This document shows, in pieces, positions 47,062-55,612 of a DNA stretch of 64,000 bases. The translations under genes were made by a program, and so were the position numbers. The notes beneath the pieces are model-generated. The model ran no database searches, was not told the origin of the DNA, and worked only from the letters and a program-made list of their open reading frames with translations. Location: NCBI GenBank assembly GCA_031254195.1, contig JAIRUW010000003.1:9248-73247 (forward strand). Reading direction: 5' to 3'. Within the stretch, counting starts at the first letter, position 1, and the number at the start of each line of letters is the position of its first letter. This DNA comes from Oscillospiraceae bacterium. GTDB taxonomy: Bacteria; Bacillota; Clostridia; Oscillospirales; UBA929.

Positions 47062-48164
47062 GTCCTCGCCCTCTTCTCGCTTAGAATTTGCAAAAACAGG
47101 TCCTCGTCCGCCGGCAGTTCCACCATCCTGTCCAGCCAGTGGGAGAGGTGCATGGCGTTGGAAATGGACAGGCTGTTGATGCCCTCGCTGCCATGCGCCG
47201 TCAGCGGCTCGCCCCGCAGGATGTGGGCGGCAAACGCGTTCATCACGCCGACATGCTGCGGGTTTTGACCGTCTGTTTCAATCTCCTCAACGCTGTGCGG
47301 CGGGGGCGCAAAGTAATCCTTAGCTTTCTTGCAATAGACCCGCTCATTCTCTTCCAGCCGCCAAAGCGTCAGTTTGCCTCCCTCGCAGACCAGCTTGCCG
47401 CCTTCCAGCGTGATTTCAAAACGGTTGGTGCCCGGCGCGTCCGCTGTGGATGTGACAAACACGCCGGTCGCGCCGTTTTCATACTCTACATACGCCGTTA
47501 CGTCATCCTCCACCTCGATGTCATGCCATTTGCCCTCATGACAGAAAGCGCGGACGCGGGACGGCATTCCGCAGATCCACTGCAACAGGTCGAGATTGTG
47601 AGGGCACTGGTTGAGCAGGACGCCTCCGCCCTCGCCGTCCCATGTGGCGCGCCAGCCGCCCGAATCATAGTAATACTGCGGGCGGTACCAGTCGGTGATA
47701 ATCCAGTTGACGCGTTTTATCCCGCCCAAAGACCCGGAATGTACCAGTTCGCGCATTTTGCGGTAGACGCAGTTGGTGCGCTGGTTGAACATCATCCCAA
47801 AAGCGAGACGGGGGTGCTTTGCCGCCTCTTCGTTCATCTCCCGCGCCTGTTTTGCGTATACCCCGGCGGGTTTTTCGCACAAGACATGCTTGCCCGCCTT
47901 GAAGGCGGCAATCGACAGCTCGGGGTGCTGGTAGTGCGGCGTCGCGATCAAGACGGCGTCGCATGTATCGCTTTCCACCAGCGCCGCGCCTTCGTCAAAC
48001 ACGGCGGCGGACGGGCATAACCCCGCCGCTTGCGCGCGTTTGTCCGGCAGCCGTTCGGCAATGGCGGTCAGCTCGATTGCAGGCGTCCGCCCTTCCACGA
48101 TATGCCTGATATGTACCGTGCCGATATTGCCCGCGCCGATGACGCCAAGGCGAATCTTTGACAT
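47058..48164 (-). CDS. Gfo/Idh/MocA family NAD(P)-dependent oxidoreductase
   Basis: MSKIRLGVIGAGNIGTVH.. is a Rossmann N-terminus. ..HVLCEKP.. is the family motif. Confidence 0.85.
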   Translation of the reverse strand: MSKIRLGVIGAGNIGTVHIRHIVEGRTPAIELTAIAERLPDKRAQAAGLCPSAAVFDEGAALVESDTCDAVLIATPHYQHPELSIAAFKAGKHVLCEKPAGVYAKQAREMNEEAAKHPRLAFGMMFNQRTNCVYRKMRELVHSGSLGGIKRVNWIITDWYRPQYYYDSGGWRATWDGEGGGVLLNQCPHNLDLLQWICGMPSRVRAFCHEGKWHDIEVEDDVTAYVEYENGATGVFVTSTADAPGTNRFEITLEGGKLVCEGGKLTLWRLEENERVYCKKAKDYFAPPPHSVEEIETDGQNPQHVGVMNAFAAHILRGEPLTAHGSEGINSLSISNAMHLSHWLDRMVELPADEDLFLQILSEKRART

Positions 48165-48211
48165 AACGGCCTCCTATATTTTTCCCCCGCTTCTAGCGGG
48201 GGAAAATCACA

Positions 48212-49363
48212 TTATTTTTTGTTGAATATTCTGAAGATAGATTCAAACGGGTCTTCCTCCTGCGGCTCCTCCTTCGCCGGGGCGGTGGCAGCCGGGAAGG
48301 GCGCGGCCTGTTCTCCCGTAACAGGTTCGGACACTGTTGCCGGCTGCGGCTTGGGAGCGCTTTTGGACGCGGAGCCGGTAAACAGCCCGTCGTCGGGGAG
48401 GATGGCCCCTTCGTCAAAGCCGGTTGCTATGACGATGACGCGTATCTCGTCGTCCATGCTCTCGTCGATGGCCGCGCCGAAGATGATGTTCGCGTCGTGG
48501 TGGACGGCGCCTTTGACCATGTTGGCGGCCATCTCCACATCTTCCAGCGCGAGGTCGGCGTCGCCTGTTATGTTGATGATGACGCCCTTCGCGCCGTTGA
48601 TGGTCGTTTCCAGCAGAGGGCTTTGGATGGCCTGACGGCTCGCGTCCTCCGCCTTGGATTTACCGCTGGCCTGCCCCACGCCGATGTGGGCATAGCCCGC
48701 GTCGCGCATGATGGCGCTTACGTCGGCAAAGTCGAGGTTGATGAGCTGGGTGGTATTGATCAGGTCGGAGATGGACTGCACGGCTTGCTTCAACACATCG
48801 TCGGCAATCTTAAAGCCGGTGGCAAAGGAGATTTTCTCCGTCGAAACCAGTTTTAGGCGCTCGTTGGGGATGACGATCAGTGAATCGACGCGGCTTCTTA
48901 GCTCTTCAATGCCCGCTTCCGCCTGTTTCATCCGGTGGGGGCCTTCAAAATGAAATGGTTTGGTAACGATGCCGATGGTCAAAATCTGCTGCTCGCGTGC
49001 GATGTCGGCCACGATTGGCGAAGCGCCGGTGCCGGTGCCGCCGCCCATGCCCGCGGAAATGAATACCATGTCTGTGCCGGTGAGGAGCTTCGACATCTCC
49101 TGACGGCTCTCCTCCATCGATTTACGGCCAATCTCCGGGCTGCTTCCCGCGCCCTTGCCGCCTGTCTGTTTTTCACCAATTTGTAATTTATGTGTGGCTC
49201 TCGTCTTGATGAGCGCCTGACGGTCTGTATTGACGGCTACCATGTCCGCGCTGGTCACGCCCGCCTCCATCATTCGGTTGACGACGTTGTTGCCGCCGCC
49301 GCCGATACCGATCACCTTTATGGATACGACGCTTTCGTTCCCGCTGTCCAGCTCAAAGGCCAT
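48212..49363 (-). CDS. ftsZ: Cell division protein FtsZ
   Basis: 383 aa. ..IKVIGIGGGGNNVVNRM.. and the tubulin signature ..AGMGGGTGTGASP... Confidence 0.95.
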   Translation of the reverse strand: MAFELDSGNESVVSIKVIGIGGGGNNVVNRMMEAGVTSADMVAVNTDRQALIKTRATHKLQIGEKQTGGKGAGSSPEIGRKSMEESRQEMSKLLTGTDMVFISAGMGGGTGTGASPIVADIAREQQILTIGIVTKPFHFEGPHRMKQAEAGIEELRSRVDSLIVIPNERLKLVSTEKISFATGFKIADDVLKQAVQSISDLINTTQLINLDFADVSAIMRDAGYAHIGVGQASGKSKAEDASRQAIQSPLLETTINGAKGVIINITGDADLALEDVEMAANMVKGAVHHDANIIFGAAIDESMDDEIRVIVIATGFDEGAILPDDGLFTGSASKSAPKPQPATVSEPVTGEQAAPFPAATAPAKEEPQEEDPFESIFRIFNKK

Positions 49364-49447
49364 GCCCTCATCCCCCGGTCTTTTGTTTAATGTGTATAGG
49401 CAATAACTTTACATGCTTTGCCCCATGATTTACTCATGCTCTTATGT

Positions 49448-49476
49448 ATTGTATCTGCATTTACAAAGGTTGTCAA
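49448..49476 (-). promoter_or_regulatory. Near-consensus sigma-A-type promoter of ftsZ
   Basis: Minus-sense TTGACA (49476-49471), 17 nt, TACAAT (49453-49448), ~85 nt upstream of the ftsZ ATG. The -35 overlaps the stop codon of the upstream WG-repeat gene. Confidence 0.6.
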
Positions 49477-51056
49477 GAAAAATTTGCCTCAAGCAGTTTC
49501 TCCAACGAGAGGATACCCCACAGGCCGCGGTATCTCACAAATGCCAAACCTTCCGAGAAATGATAAGCCTGCTCGAAGATAAACGGCGTCAGTTCGCGCC
49601 CGTTTAAGTCAATATATCCCCATAGGCCGTTCTTTTTCGCTATTATCAAGCCTTCGCTAAAAGACCAGTAGATGTCCTCATACTCGCAAGGTACGACCTC
49701 GTTTCCCTTGGTATCGATAACCCCATACTGATAGTCAGGCCAGTCGGCGCCGAGCCTTACCCGCATCATCCCGTTGTAGAAAGACCCGTTCACTTCGTCG
49801 TAAATACATGGCGCAAGCTCGTTTCCGTCTTTATCAACGGTTCCGTATTTTCCGTCTTGCATGACGGTCAAAACGCCCTCGGAAAACCCGGCTATATCAC
49901 CGTTATATACTTCCATGTATACACTTTCATATGAAAACGGCAGGACTATCCGCCCTCCTTTGTCTATCGCCCCGTATAAACCGTCTTTTTGCACGACAGC
50001 CAAACCGTCTTTATAGTACGGCTGGGCGTTGGTATAGATACAAGGGACGATTTCGCGCCCTGTTTGGTCAATATAACCGTAGAGGAAACCGTTTTGAAAA
50101 TCCCCTACAGCGACCTGCGCCCGGCCCTCCCTGAACGATGAAACCCTCTGATACTGAAAAGACGTCACCTCGCGCCCGTTTATGTCCACAAACCCGCACT
50201 GAACGCCGGTTTCCCAGTCGCCGGTCCGTGCCCCCGCCAAACCTTCATAAAACTCTCCAAGCGAGATATATTTGAGCGGAACCACCTCGCGCCCTTGTGT
50301 GTCTATATAGCCCCACAGCCAGCCGTTTTCACGGCTTCCGTTGCCTACCATCGCCAGGCCGTCCTCGAACCCATGGTGCGCGCCTCCCTGATCCCATCTG
50401 ACCGTGTCATATTGGAACGGTATGACGACTTTCCCGTCCATGTCGATAAAACCCCATTTGCCGTCCAGCTTCACTGCCTTCAAACCTTCAGTATAATTCC
50501 ATTGAGCGTTTTCATACATAAAGGGCACCACTTCGACCCCGGTCTTATCGATAATGCCTATCCGTTCATCTATCCATACGCACGCCAGTCCTTCGGAAAA
50601 AGGGTTGGTCCAATCATAAATATGGGGTATCACCACCCGCCCTTCCGTATCCTCGTATCCCCATTTCTCGCCTCGCTGTACCGCAACCAGCCCCTCCGAA
50701 AAGGAGAAAACAATCCGTTCCGCAAGAGGGATGACCTCACGCCCCGTTTGGTCGACAAACGCGTATCTGGTGTCAGGGTACCCGCCGCCAATACTCACCT
50801 CTGCTAAGCCGTCTGTAAAGGGTGCGTAATGATGATACCTGAGTGACGGCTGGGCGGCCCAAATGTCCATCTCCAGAATAGGGTCTGGCGGCGGGGAGGG
50901 AGACGGATCCGGCACGGGGGACGGAGAGGGGATTATAGATGGCGCCGGGGACAGGATTTCATCCCCCGGTATACTCGGCGTCTCCTCCGCCGGGCTTGGT
51001 GGCGTACAGGCCCCGAGCAGGGCACAGACAGCTAGAAAAAGCGCTGTTCTTTTCAT
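49473..51056 (-). CDS. WG-repeat (KWG-like) lipoprotein
   Basis: 527 aa. Lipobox ..LAVCALLGAC|TP... A Pro/Ser-rich linker is followed by ~12 repeats of the ..F.EGLA.V...GKWGYID..G..VIP..Y.. type. Confidence 0.75.
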   Translation of the reverse strand: MKRTALFLAVCALLGACTPPSPAEETPSIPGDEILSPAPSIIPSPSPVPDPSPSPPPDPILEMDIWAAQPSLRYHHYAPFTDGLAEVSIGGGYPDTRYAFVDQTGREVIPLAERIVFSFSEGLVAVQRGEKWGYEDTEGRVVIPHIYDWTNPFSEGLACVWIDERIGIIDKTGVEVVPFMYENAQWNYTEGLKAVKLDGKWGFIDMDGKVVIPFQYDTVRWDQGGAHHGFEDGLAMVGNGSRENGWLWGYIDTQGREVVPLKYISLGEFYEGLAGARTGDWETGVQCGFVDINGREVTSFQYQRVSSFREGRAQVAVGDFQNGFLYGYIDQTGREIVPCIYTNAQPYYKDGLAVVQKDGLYGAIDKGGRIVLPFSYESVYMEVYNGDIAGFSEGVLTVMQDGKYGTVDKDGNELAPCIYDEVNGSFYNGMMRVRLGADWPDYQYGVIDTKGNEVVPCEYEDIYWSFSEGLIIAKKNGLWGYIDLNGRELTPFIFEQAYHFSEGLAFVRYRGLWGILSLEKLLEANFS

Positions 51057-51083
51057 TAGAATCCCTCCTATCTTTTGAATAGC

Positions 51084-51857
51084 TTACGGCTCGTCCGGGA
51101 TAAAGCGGGCGTTCTTGCCATCCGCTATGCCGTCGATATACAGCGTTCCCGGCCCTCTGCCGGATACCTTCTCATCCTCCAGCGCCAACAGCATCACCCT
51201 GAATTTCTGCGCAAGCGCGTCCGGCGGCCCCAGCTCCACCTTATATATGCCCTTGTATGTGAACCGGATGCCGGAGAGTTGGGTGATGTCGATTTCCCCC
51301 ACATCCTCCCAAACCCCCTCGGCCAGCATGACCCCAATCAGGTCAAGCAGCGGGCCGCTTTTCGCGGTGTCTTCCGTAACAGGATACAGCTTTGTGCCCG
51401 GAACCGGGTCGTCAAGTAAAGCCATCCCCTTTATAACAGGCAGTTTTGGCGGGGTCAGGGCCGGCACGGACTCCAGCAGGCTGCCCTGCGAATCAAACAC
51501 CCAATAGACCCCCCTGTGCTCGATCATGGCGGCAGGCGCGGCTTCGGTGATGATGATCACAACCGTGCCCGGCCAATCGCGCCGGGTCCGCACCGCTTTG
51601 ACATAGGGCAGACTGGCGGTAATGGAATGATATGCCGCTCTTTTATTGATGAGGAAGATGTTTTCGCCTATGGTATACCCCGACAGCGCTATGATTTCCT
51701 GCGGGTTGGTGACGGTCACGCCCTCGACGCGGATCTCCCGGATGTTGAAAAACAGGCCGCTTGTAAGCACAAGAGCAAAAATGAGCGCAGCCGCCACAAA
51801 GAAGGTCAGCAAAAAGCTGTACCTCCCGCGACGCCTGCGCTTTTTCCTCTCTTGCAT
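51084..51857 (-). CDS. ftsQ: Cell division protein FtsQ/DivIB (POTRA domain)
   Basis: 257 aa. Basic N-terminus, one TM segment, POTRA ..IREIRVEGVTVTNPQEIIALSG... Its position in the dcw cluster supports the call. Confidence 0.8.
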   Translation of the reverse strand: MQERKKRRRRGRYSFLLTFFVAAALIFALVLTSGLFFNIREIRVEGVTVTNPQEIIALSGYTIGENIFLINKRAAYHSITASLPYVKAVRTRRDWPGTVVIIITEAAPAAMIEHRGVYWVFDSQGSLLESVPALTPPKLPVIKGMALLDDPVPGTKLYPVTEDTAKSGPLLDLIGVMLAEGVWEDVGEIDITQLSGIRFTYKGIYKVELGPPDALAQKFRVMLLALEDEKVSGRGPGTLYIDGIADGKNARFIPDEP

Positions 51858-51886
51858 ACAGAACCCTTCTTTTGTGTGGAGTGTAT

Positions 51887-53140
51887 CTATTTTCTCTCGA
51901 TGTCCGCTCCCAAGGAGGCCAATACGTCCTCAAGCCGTTCATAACCCCTGTCGATGTGCTGCAAACCGCTTAGCTCCGTCTCGCCCTCAGCGGCCAGCGC
52001 CGCCACGGCCAATGCCGCGCCGCCGCGCAAATCGGTCGCGCAAACCCTTGCGCCGTAGAGTTTCGGGACGCCGCGCACGACCGCTACGCGCCCTTCCACC
52101 TGAATGTCCGCGCCCATACGGAGCAATTCCCCGACATGCCTGTAACGGCTTTCAAATATCCTCTCGGAGAACATTGTAACCCCCTCGGCGCGGCAAGCCA
52201 CCGCCATGACCAGCGCTTGCGCGTCGGTCGGGAACCCGGGGTGCGGCATGGTGCATATCCGTCCCATCGGGCGAAGCGCGCCGTCCCGGCGTATCCGTAT
52301 CTCCCTGCCGTCTTCCGATATGTCACAGCCCGCTTTCGCTAAAACGGACAGCACTGTGGCGAGGTCTTCGGGGCGCGTATCGCCTATCGCAATGTCGCCG
52401 CCCGCCAATGCCGCGGCGGAGAGCAAGGTCGCCGCGGCGACACGGTCGGGGATGACGGTGTGTTCCGCGCCGGACAGCCGCCGTACCCCCTCGATGGTGA
52501 CGGTGGAGCTTCCCGCTCCCGTGACCCTCCCGCCCATGGCGTTGAGGAAGTCTTGCAGGTCTCCGATTTCCGGTTCCCGCGCCGCGTTGAGGATACGCGT
52601 CGTCCCGTCAGCGCGCGCGGCGGCCAGCATGATGTTTTCGGTCGCGCCGACGCTGGGGGTGGAAAGATAGATGTCACAGCCTGTAAACTTAGGGGCTTTA
52701 CAGTATAGATAACCGCCTTCCTCACGTATCTCCGCGCCCATCTGCCTGAGCGCCGCGATATGCAGGTCGATCGGCCTTGGCCCAAGGTCGCAGCCGCCGG
52801 GATAGCTCATCACGGCTTCACCCGTTCTTGACAGGATCGCCCCCAGAAAGACGACCGAGGAGCGCATCTCGCGCATCAACCCCTCCGGGATGTCAAAGCG
52901 ATTCATGCCCGCCGTATCGGCGGCGACGGCGCCCGCCCCTTCCCGTTTGGCCGGACAGCCCAAATGCCGCAGGATACGGATGGACGTATTGACGTCCAGC
53001 AGGTCCGGGCAGTTATGGACGACGCACGGCCCGCCGCATAGAATGGTGGCCGCCAGAATGGGCAAGACACTGTTTTTCGCGCCCTGCGTACGGACAGACC
53101 CATACAGAGGCTTCCCGCCGGTAATGAAAATCGCGCTCAT
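51887..53140 (-). CDS. murA: UDP-N-acetylglucosamine 1-carboxyvinyltransferase
   Basis: The start is set at ATG 53140 (SD GGAGG 8 nt upstream). ..ITGGKPLYGSVRTQGAKNSVLPILAA.. and ..YPGGCDLGPRPIDLH.. (active-site Cys loop). Confidence 0.9.
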   Translation of the reverse strand: MSAIFITGGKPLYGSVRTQGAKNSVLPILAATILCGGPCVVHNCPDLLDVNTSIRILRHLGCPAKREGAGAVAADTAGMNRFDIPEGLMREMRSSVVFLGAILSRTGEAVMSYPGGCDLGPRPIDLHIAALRQMGAEIREEGGYLYCKAPKFTGCDIYLSTPSVGATENIMLAAARADGTTRILNAAREPEIGDLQDFLNAMGGRVTGAGSSTVTIEGVRRLSGAEHTVIPDRVAAATLLSAAALAGGDIAIGDTRPEDLATVLSVLAKAGCDISEDGREIRIRRDGALRPMGRICTMPHPGFPTDAQALVMAVACRAEGVTMFSERIFESRYRHVGELLRMGADIQVEGRVAVVRGVPKLYGARVCATDLRGGAALAVAALAAEGETELSGLQHIDRGYERLEDVLASLGADIERK

Positions 53141-53210
53141 GCCGTTTTCCTCCGAATCCGTCACAGAAATGAGGTTTACGGCTCATTCTATGAGGATTGC
53201 GGGGAGTTGG

Positions 53211-54314
53211 TTACAAGAGCTCTTGCATCAACCCGGCGATTCTTTGCGCGGAGTTCGGTACGGCCAGTTTGTGCAGTGACCGCGTCATTGCTTCCCGCCT
53301 GCTTTGATCTCCCAGCAAGTCTTTGACCGCGCGGTACAGGTTTTCCGCCGTCAGCCCCGCTTCGGGCATGACCACCGCGCCGCCCGCGTTCTCCAGCATT
53401 TTGGCGTTGGCGGTCTGATGGTCGGCTGTGACATTCGGACTGGGGATCAGCACAGCCGGTTTGCCCGCCGCCGCCAGTTCGGCCAGCGTGGACGCTCCGG
53501 CGCGGCAAATCAATATATCGGCCGCCGCGCAGGCTTCGGCCATGTTGTGGATGTAATCCATAAGCCTGAGCCCGGTGCCGCCGTCAAAGACCAGCCCGCG
53601 TTCCGCCGCCGTTTTGGCCAGCGCGCCGTACCGCTTGGGGCCCGCCGCGTGGATATGCTGCCACTCGCCGTTTTCCAGCTTCATCAGCTCTAAGATCATA
53701 CGGTTCATGTCCCGCGCCCCTTGCGAGCCGAAAATACTGACGATCACAGGGCGGTTGTCCAGCTTCAGCGCTTCCCTCGCCGCCAGGCGGTCTGTTGTGA
53801 AAAACTCAGGGCGCACCGGCGTTCCGACCACATGGACGCGGCTTTGGTTCTTGTAGGCTTCGCGGCAGGATTCCATGCCCACCAGTATAGCGTCGGCGTG
53901 TTTGGCGGCCATTTTGGTCGTGACGCCGGGGAAAGCGTTGGATTCATGGACAAGGACGGGTATTTTCAGTTTTGACGCGGCGCGGAGCGCGGGGAAGCTG
54001 GCATAGCCGCCGGTCCCCAGCACAGCTTGTGGCTGGAAGTGCTTGATAATTTTCCTCGCTTGGCGCAGCGCCCCGGCTACTTTAACAACAGTTCCGATAT
54101 TCCGCGCGACGGCTTTGGGCGAGAAAGAACGCGAGAGGGAACGCACATCAACAAACTCTATCGCAAACCCCTCACGCGGCACAAGGTCGCGTTCCAAACC
54201 CGACGGCGCTCCGATAAACAGCACCTCATGCCCATCTTCACGCAACAGGCGCGCCACAGCCAGAGCGGGGTTGATATGCCCGCCCGAACCGCCGCAGGTG
54301 AGGATAAAACGCAT
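53211..54314 (-). CDS. murG: Undecaprenyldiphospho-muramoylpentapeptide beta-N-acetylglucosaminyltransferase
   Basis: MRFILTCGGSGGHINPALAVA.. and ..ICRAGASTLAELAAAGKPAVLIP... Confidence 0.9.
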   Translation of the reverse strand: MRFILTCGGSGGHINPALAVARLLREDGHEVLFIGAPSGLERDLVPREGFAIEFVDVRSLSRSFSPKAVARNIGTVVKVAGALRQARKIIKHFQPQAVLGTGGYASFPALRAASKLKIPVLVHESNAFPGVTTKMAAKHADAILVGMESCREAYKNQSRVHVVGTPVRPEFFTTDRLAAREALKLDNRPVIVSIFGSQGARDMNRMILELMKLENGEWQHIHAAGPKRYGALAKTAAERGLVFDGGTGLRLMDYIHNMAEACAAADILICRAGASTLAELAAAGKPAVLIPSPNVTADHQTANAKMLENAGGAVVMPEAGLTAENLYRAVKDLLGDQSRREAMTRSLHKLAVPNSAQRIAGLMQELL

Positions 54315-54333
54315 GGGGTTAAGCCTCCTGTCA

Positions 54334-54437
54334 AGCTCCCTGCGCGGTTCGCTGGCGGTCGGAGAAACCCCGCTGGCTACACTCGCAAGCTCGTTAGGCC
54401 TGCTGGGGTTTCTCCGACCTGCGAACCGAGGGAGCTC
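54334..54437 (-). other. Long imperfect inverted repeat (extended RNA hairpin) in the ftsW-murG intergenic region
   Basis: The arms are 54334-54376 and 54400-54437. Pairing blocks are 8 bp (AGCTCCCT), 8 bp (CGGTTCGC) and 15 bp (GGTCGGAGAAACCCC), separated by two 3-nt bulges, with a ~30-nt apical region. It starts 5 nt after the ftsW stop and ends ~6 nt before the murG SD (AGGAGG). Confidence 0.7.
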
Positions 54438-54442
54438 TTCTA

Positions 54443-55612
54443 TTATGGTGTATATGCCGGGAGCTGACGGCTTACCGCCAGCACGATTCCCATCTCTACC
54501 ATCTGTATCAGCAGCATCGAGCCGCCGAAAGAGAAAAACGGCATCGAAATACCTGTCACCGGGATCAGGTTGGTGACGACGGCTACGTTTAGGAAGGTCT
54601 GAATCGCCAGCAATGTCGTAACGCCGGAGACCAGCAGTGTGCCAAAGCGGTCACGCGCGTGCATGGCGATCCAGTATCCGCGCACGATCAGCAGCATGAA
54701 CAAAAACAGCACGATCAGCGCGCCGACCATCCCCAGCTCCTCGCAGACGATGGCAAAGACGAAATCGTTGTGCGGCTCGGGCAGGTAGGCGTATTTTTGG
54801 CGGCTCTGCCCCAACCCCAGCCCGAACCACCCGCCCGACGCCACGGCGTAGAGCGACTGCACCGGCTGCCAGCCGGCGCCGGTCAGGTCAATCCATGGGT
54901 CGCGCCAGATGGCCATACGTTTGGCGGCATAATCGGTGGCTGTGATCAGTATGGTCATAGCGCCTATGCCTAGCGCGCCCACAAGGGCGATCCAGCGGTA
55001 GGCCAGGCCCCCCATAAAGAGCATGACCGCCCCGACCGCGAGGATGAGGACAATGCCGGAAAAATGCGGCTGCATCGCCATCAGACCCGCAATCAGCGCC
55101 AGTATGGCAATATACGGCATGATATTCCGCACTGCCGGCAGGATTCGCTTCTCCGTCAGGCGTTCGGGGTTTGCCGCAATCATGGTGGCAAAGAGCATGA
55201 TGACCGCCACCTTTGCGATTTCCGACGGCTGGATGTTGAAGAAGCCGAAGTTGATCCAGCGCACCGCCGCCCTCTCGTCGGAGCCGACAAACAGCACCAC
55301 CACCAGCAGGATGAGCGCCGTGATCATGGTGGGGAGGGAAAAAGGCTTGAAGTAATGGTAGTTGAAGCGGGATATGACAAACATGATGGCGATGCCCGCC
55401 ACCATGTATATCCCCTGCCTTGTCACATAATAGGCGGGGGAGCTTGTATTCGCGGCGGCGTGCGCGTAGCTCGCGGAAAACATCATCACAAGCCCGATGC
55501 CGTTGAGCAGGATGACCAGAAGCGCGAACGGCAGGTCCATCGGGCCTTTGACCGTACGGCTCATTTCGCGTTTCGCTTTTTCGATGTCCATATGTTCCAT
55601 ACAATCACCCAA
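54443..55612 (-). CDS. ftsW: FtsW/RodA/SpoVE family peptidoglycan glycosyltransferase
   Basis: 389 aa, ~10 TM segments. ..RWINFGFFNIQPSEIAK.. and ..LPEPHNDFVFAIVCEELG... The start is ambiguous (Met 1, 5 or 8). Confidence 0.9.
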   Translation of the reverse strand: MGDCMEHMDIEKAKREMSRTVKGPMDLPFALLVILLNGIGLVMMFSASYAHAAANTSSPAYYVTRQGIYMVAGIAIMFVISRFNYHYFKPFSLPTMITALILLVVVLFVGSDERAAVRWINFGFFNIQPSEIAKVAVIMLFATMIAANPERLTEKRILPAVRNIMPYIAILALIAGLMAMQPHFSGIVLILAVGAVMLFMGGLAYRWIALVGALGIGAMTILITATDYAAKRMAIWRDPWIDLTGAGWQPVQSLYAVASGGWFGLGLGQSRQKYAYLPEPHNDFVFAIVCEELGMVGALIVLFLFMLLIVRGYWIAMHARDRFGTLLVSGVTTLLAIQTFLNVAVVTNLIPVTGISMPFFSFGGSMLLIQMVEMGIVLAVSRQLPAYTP

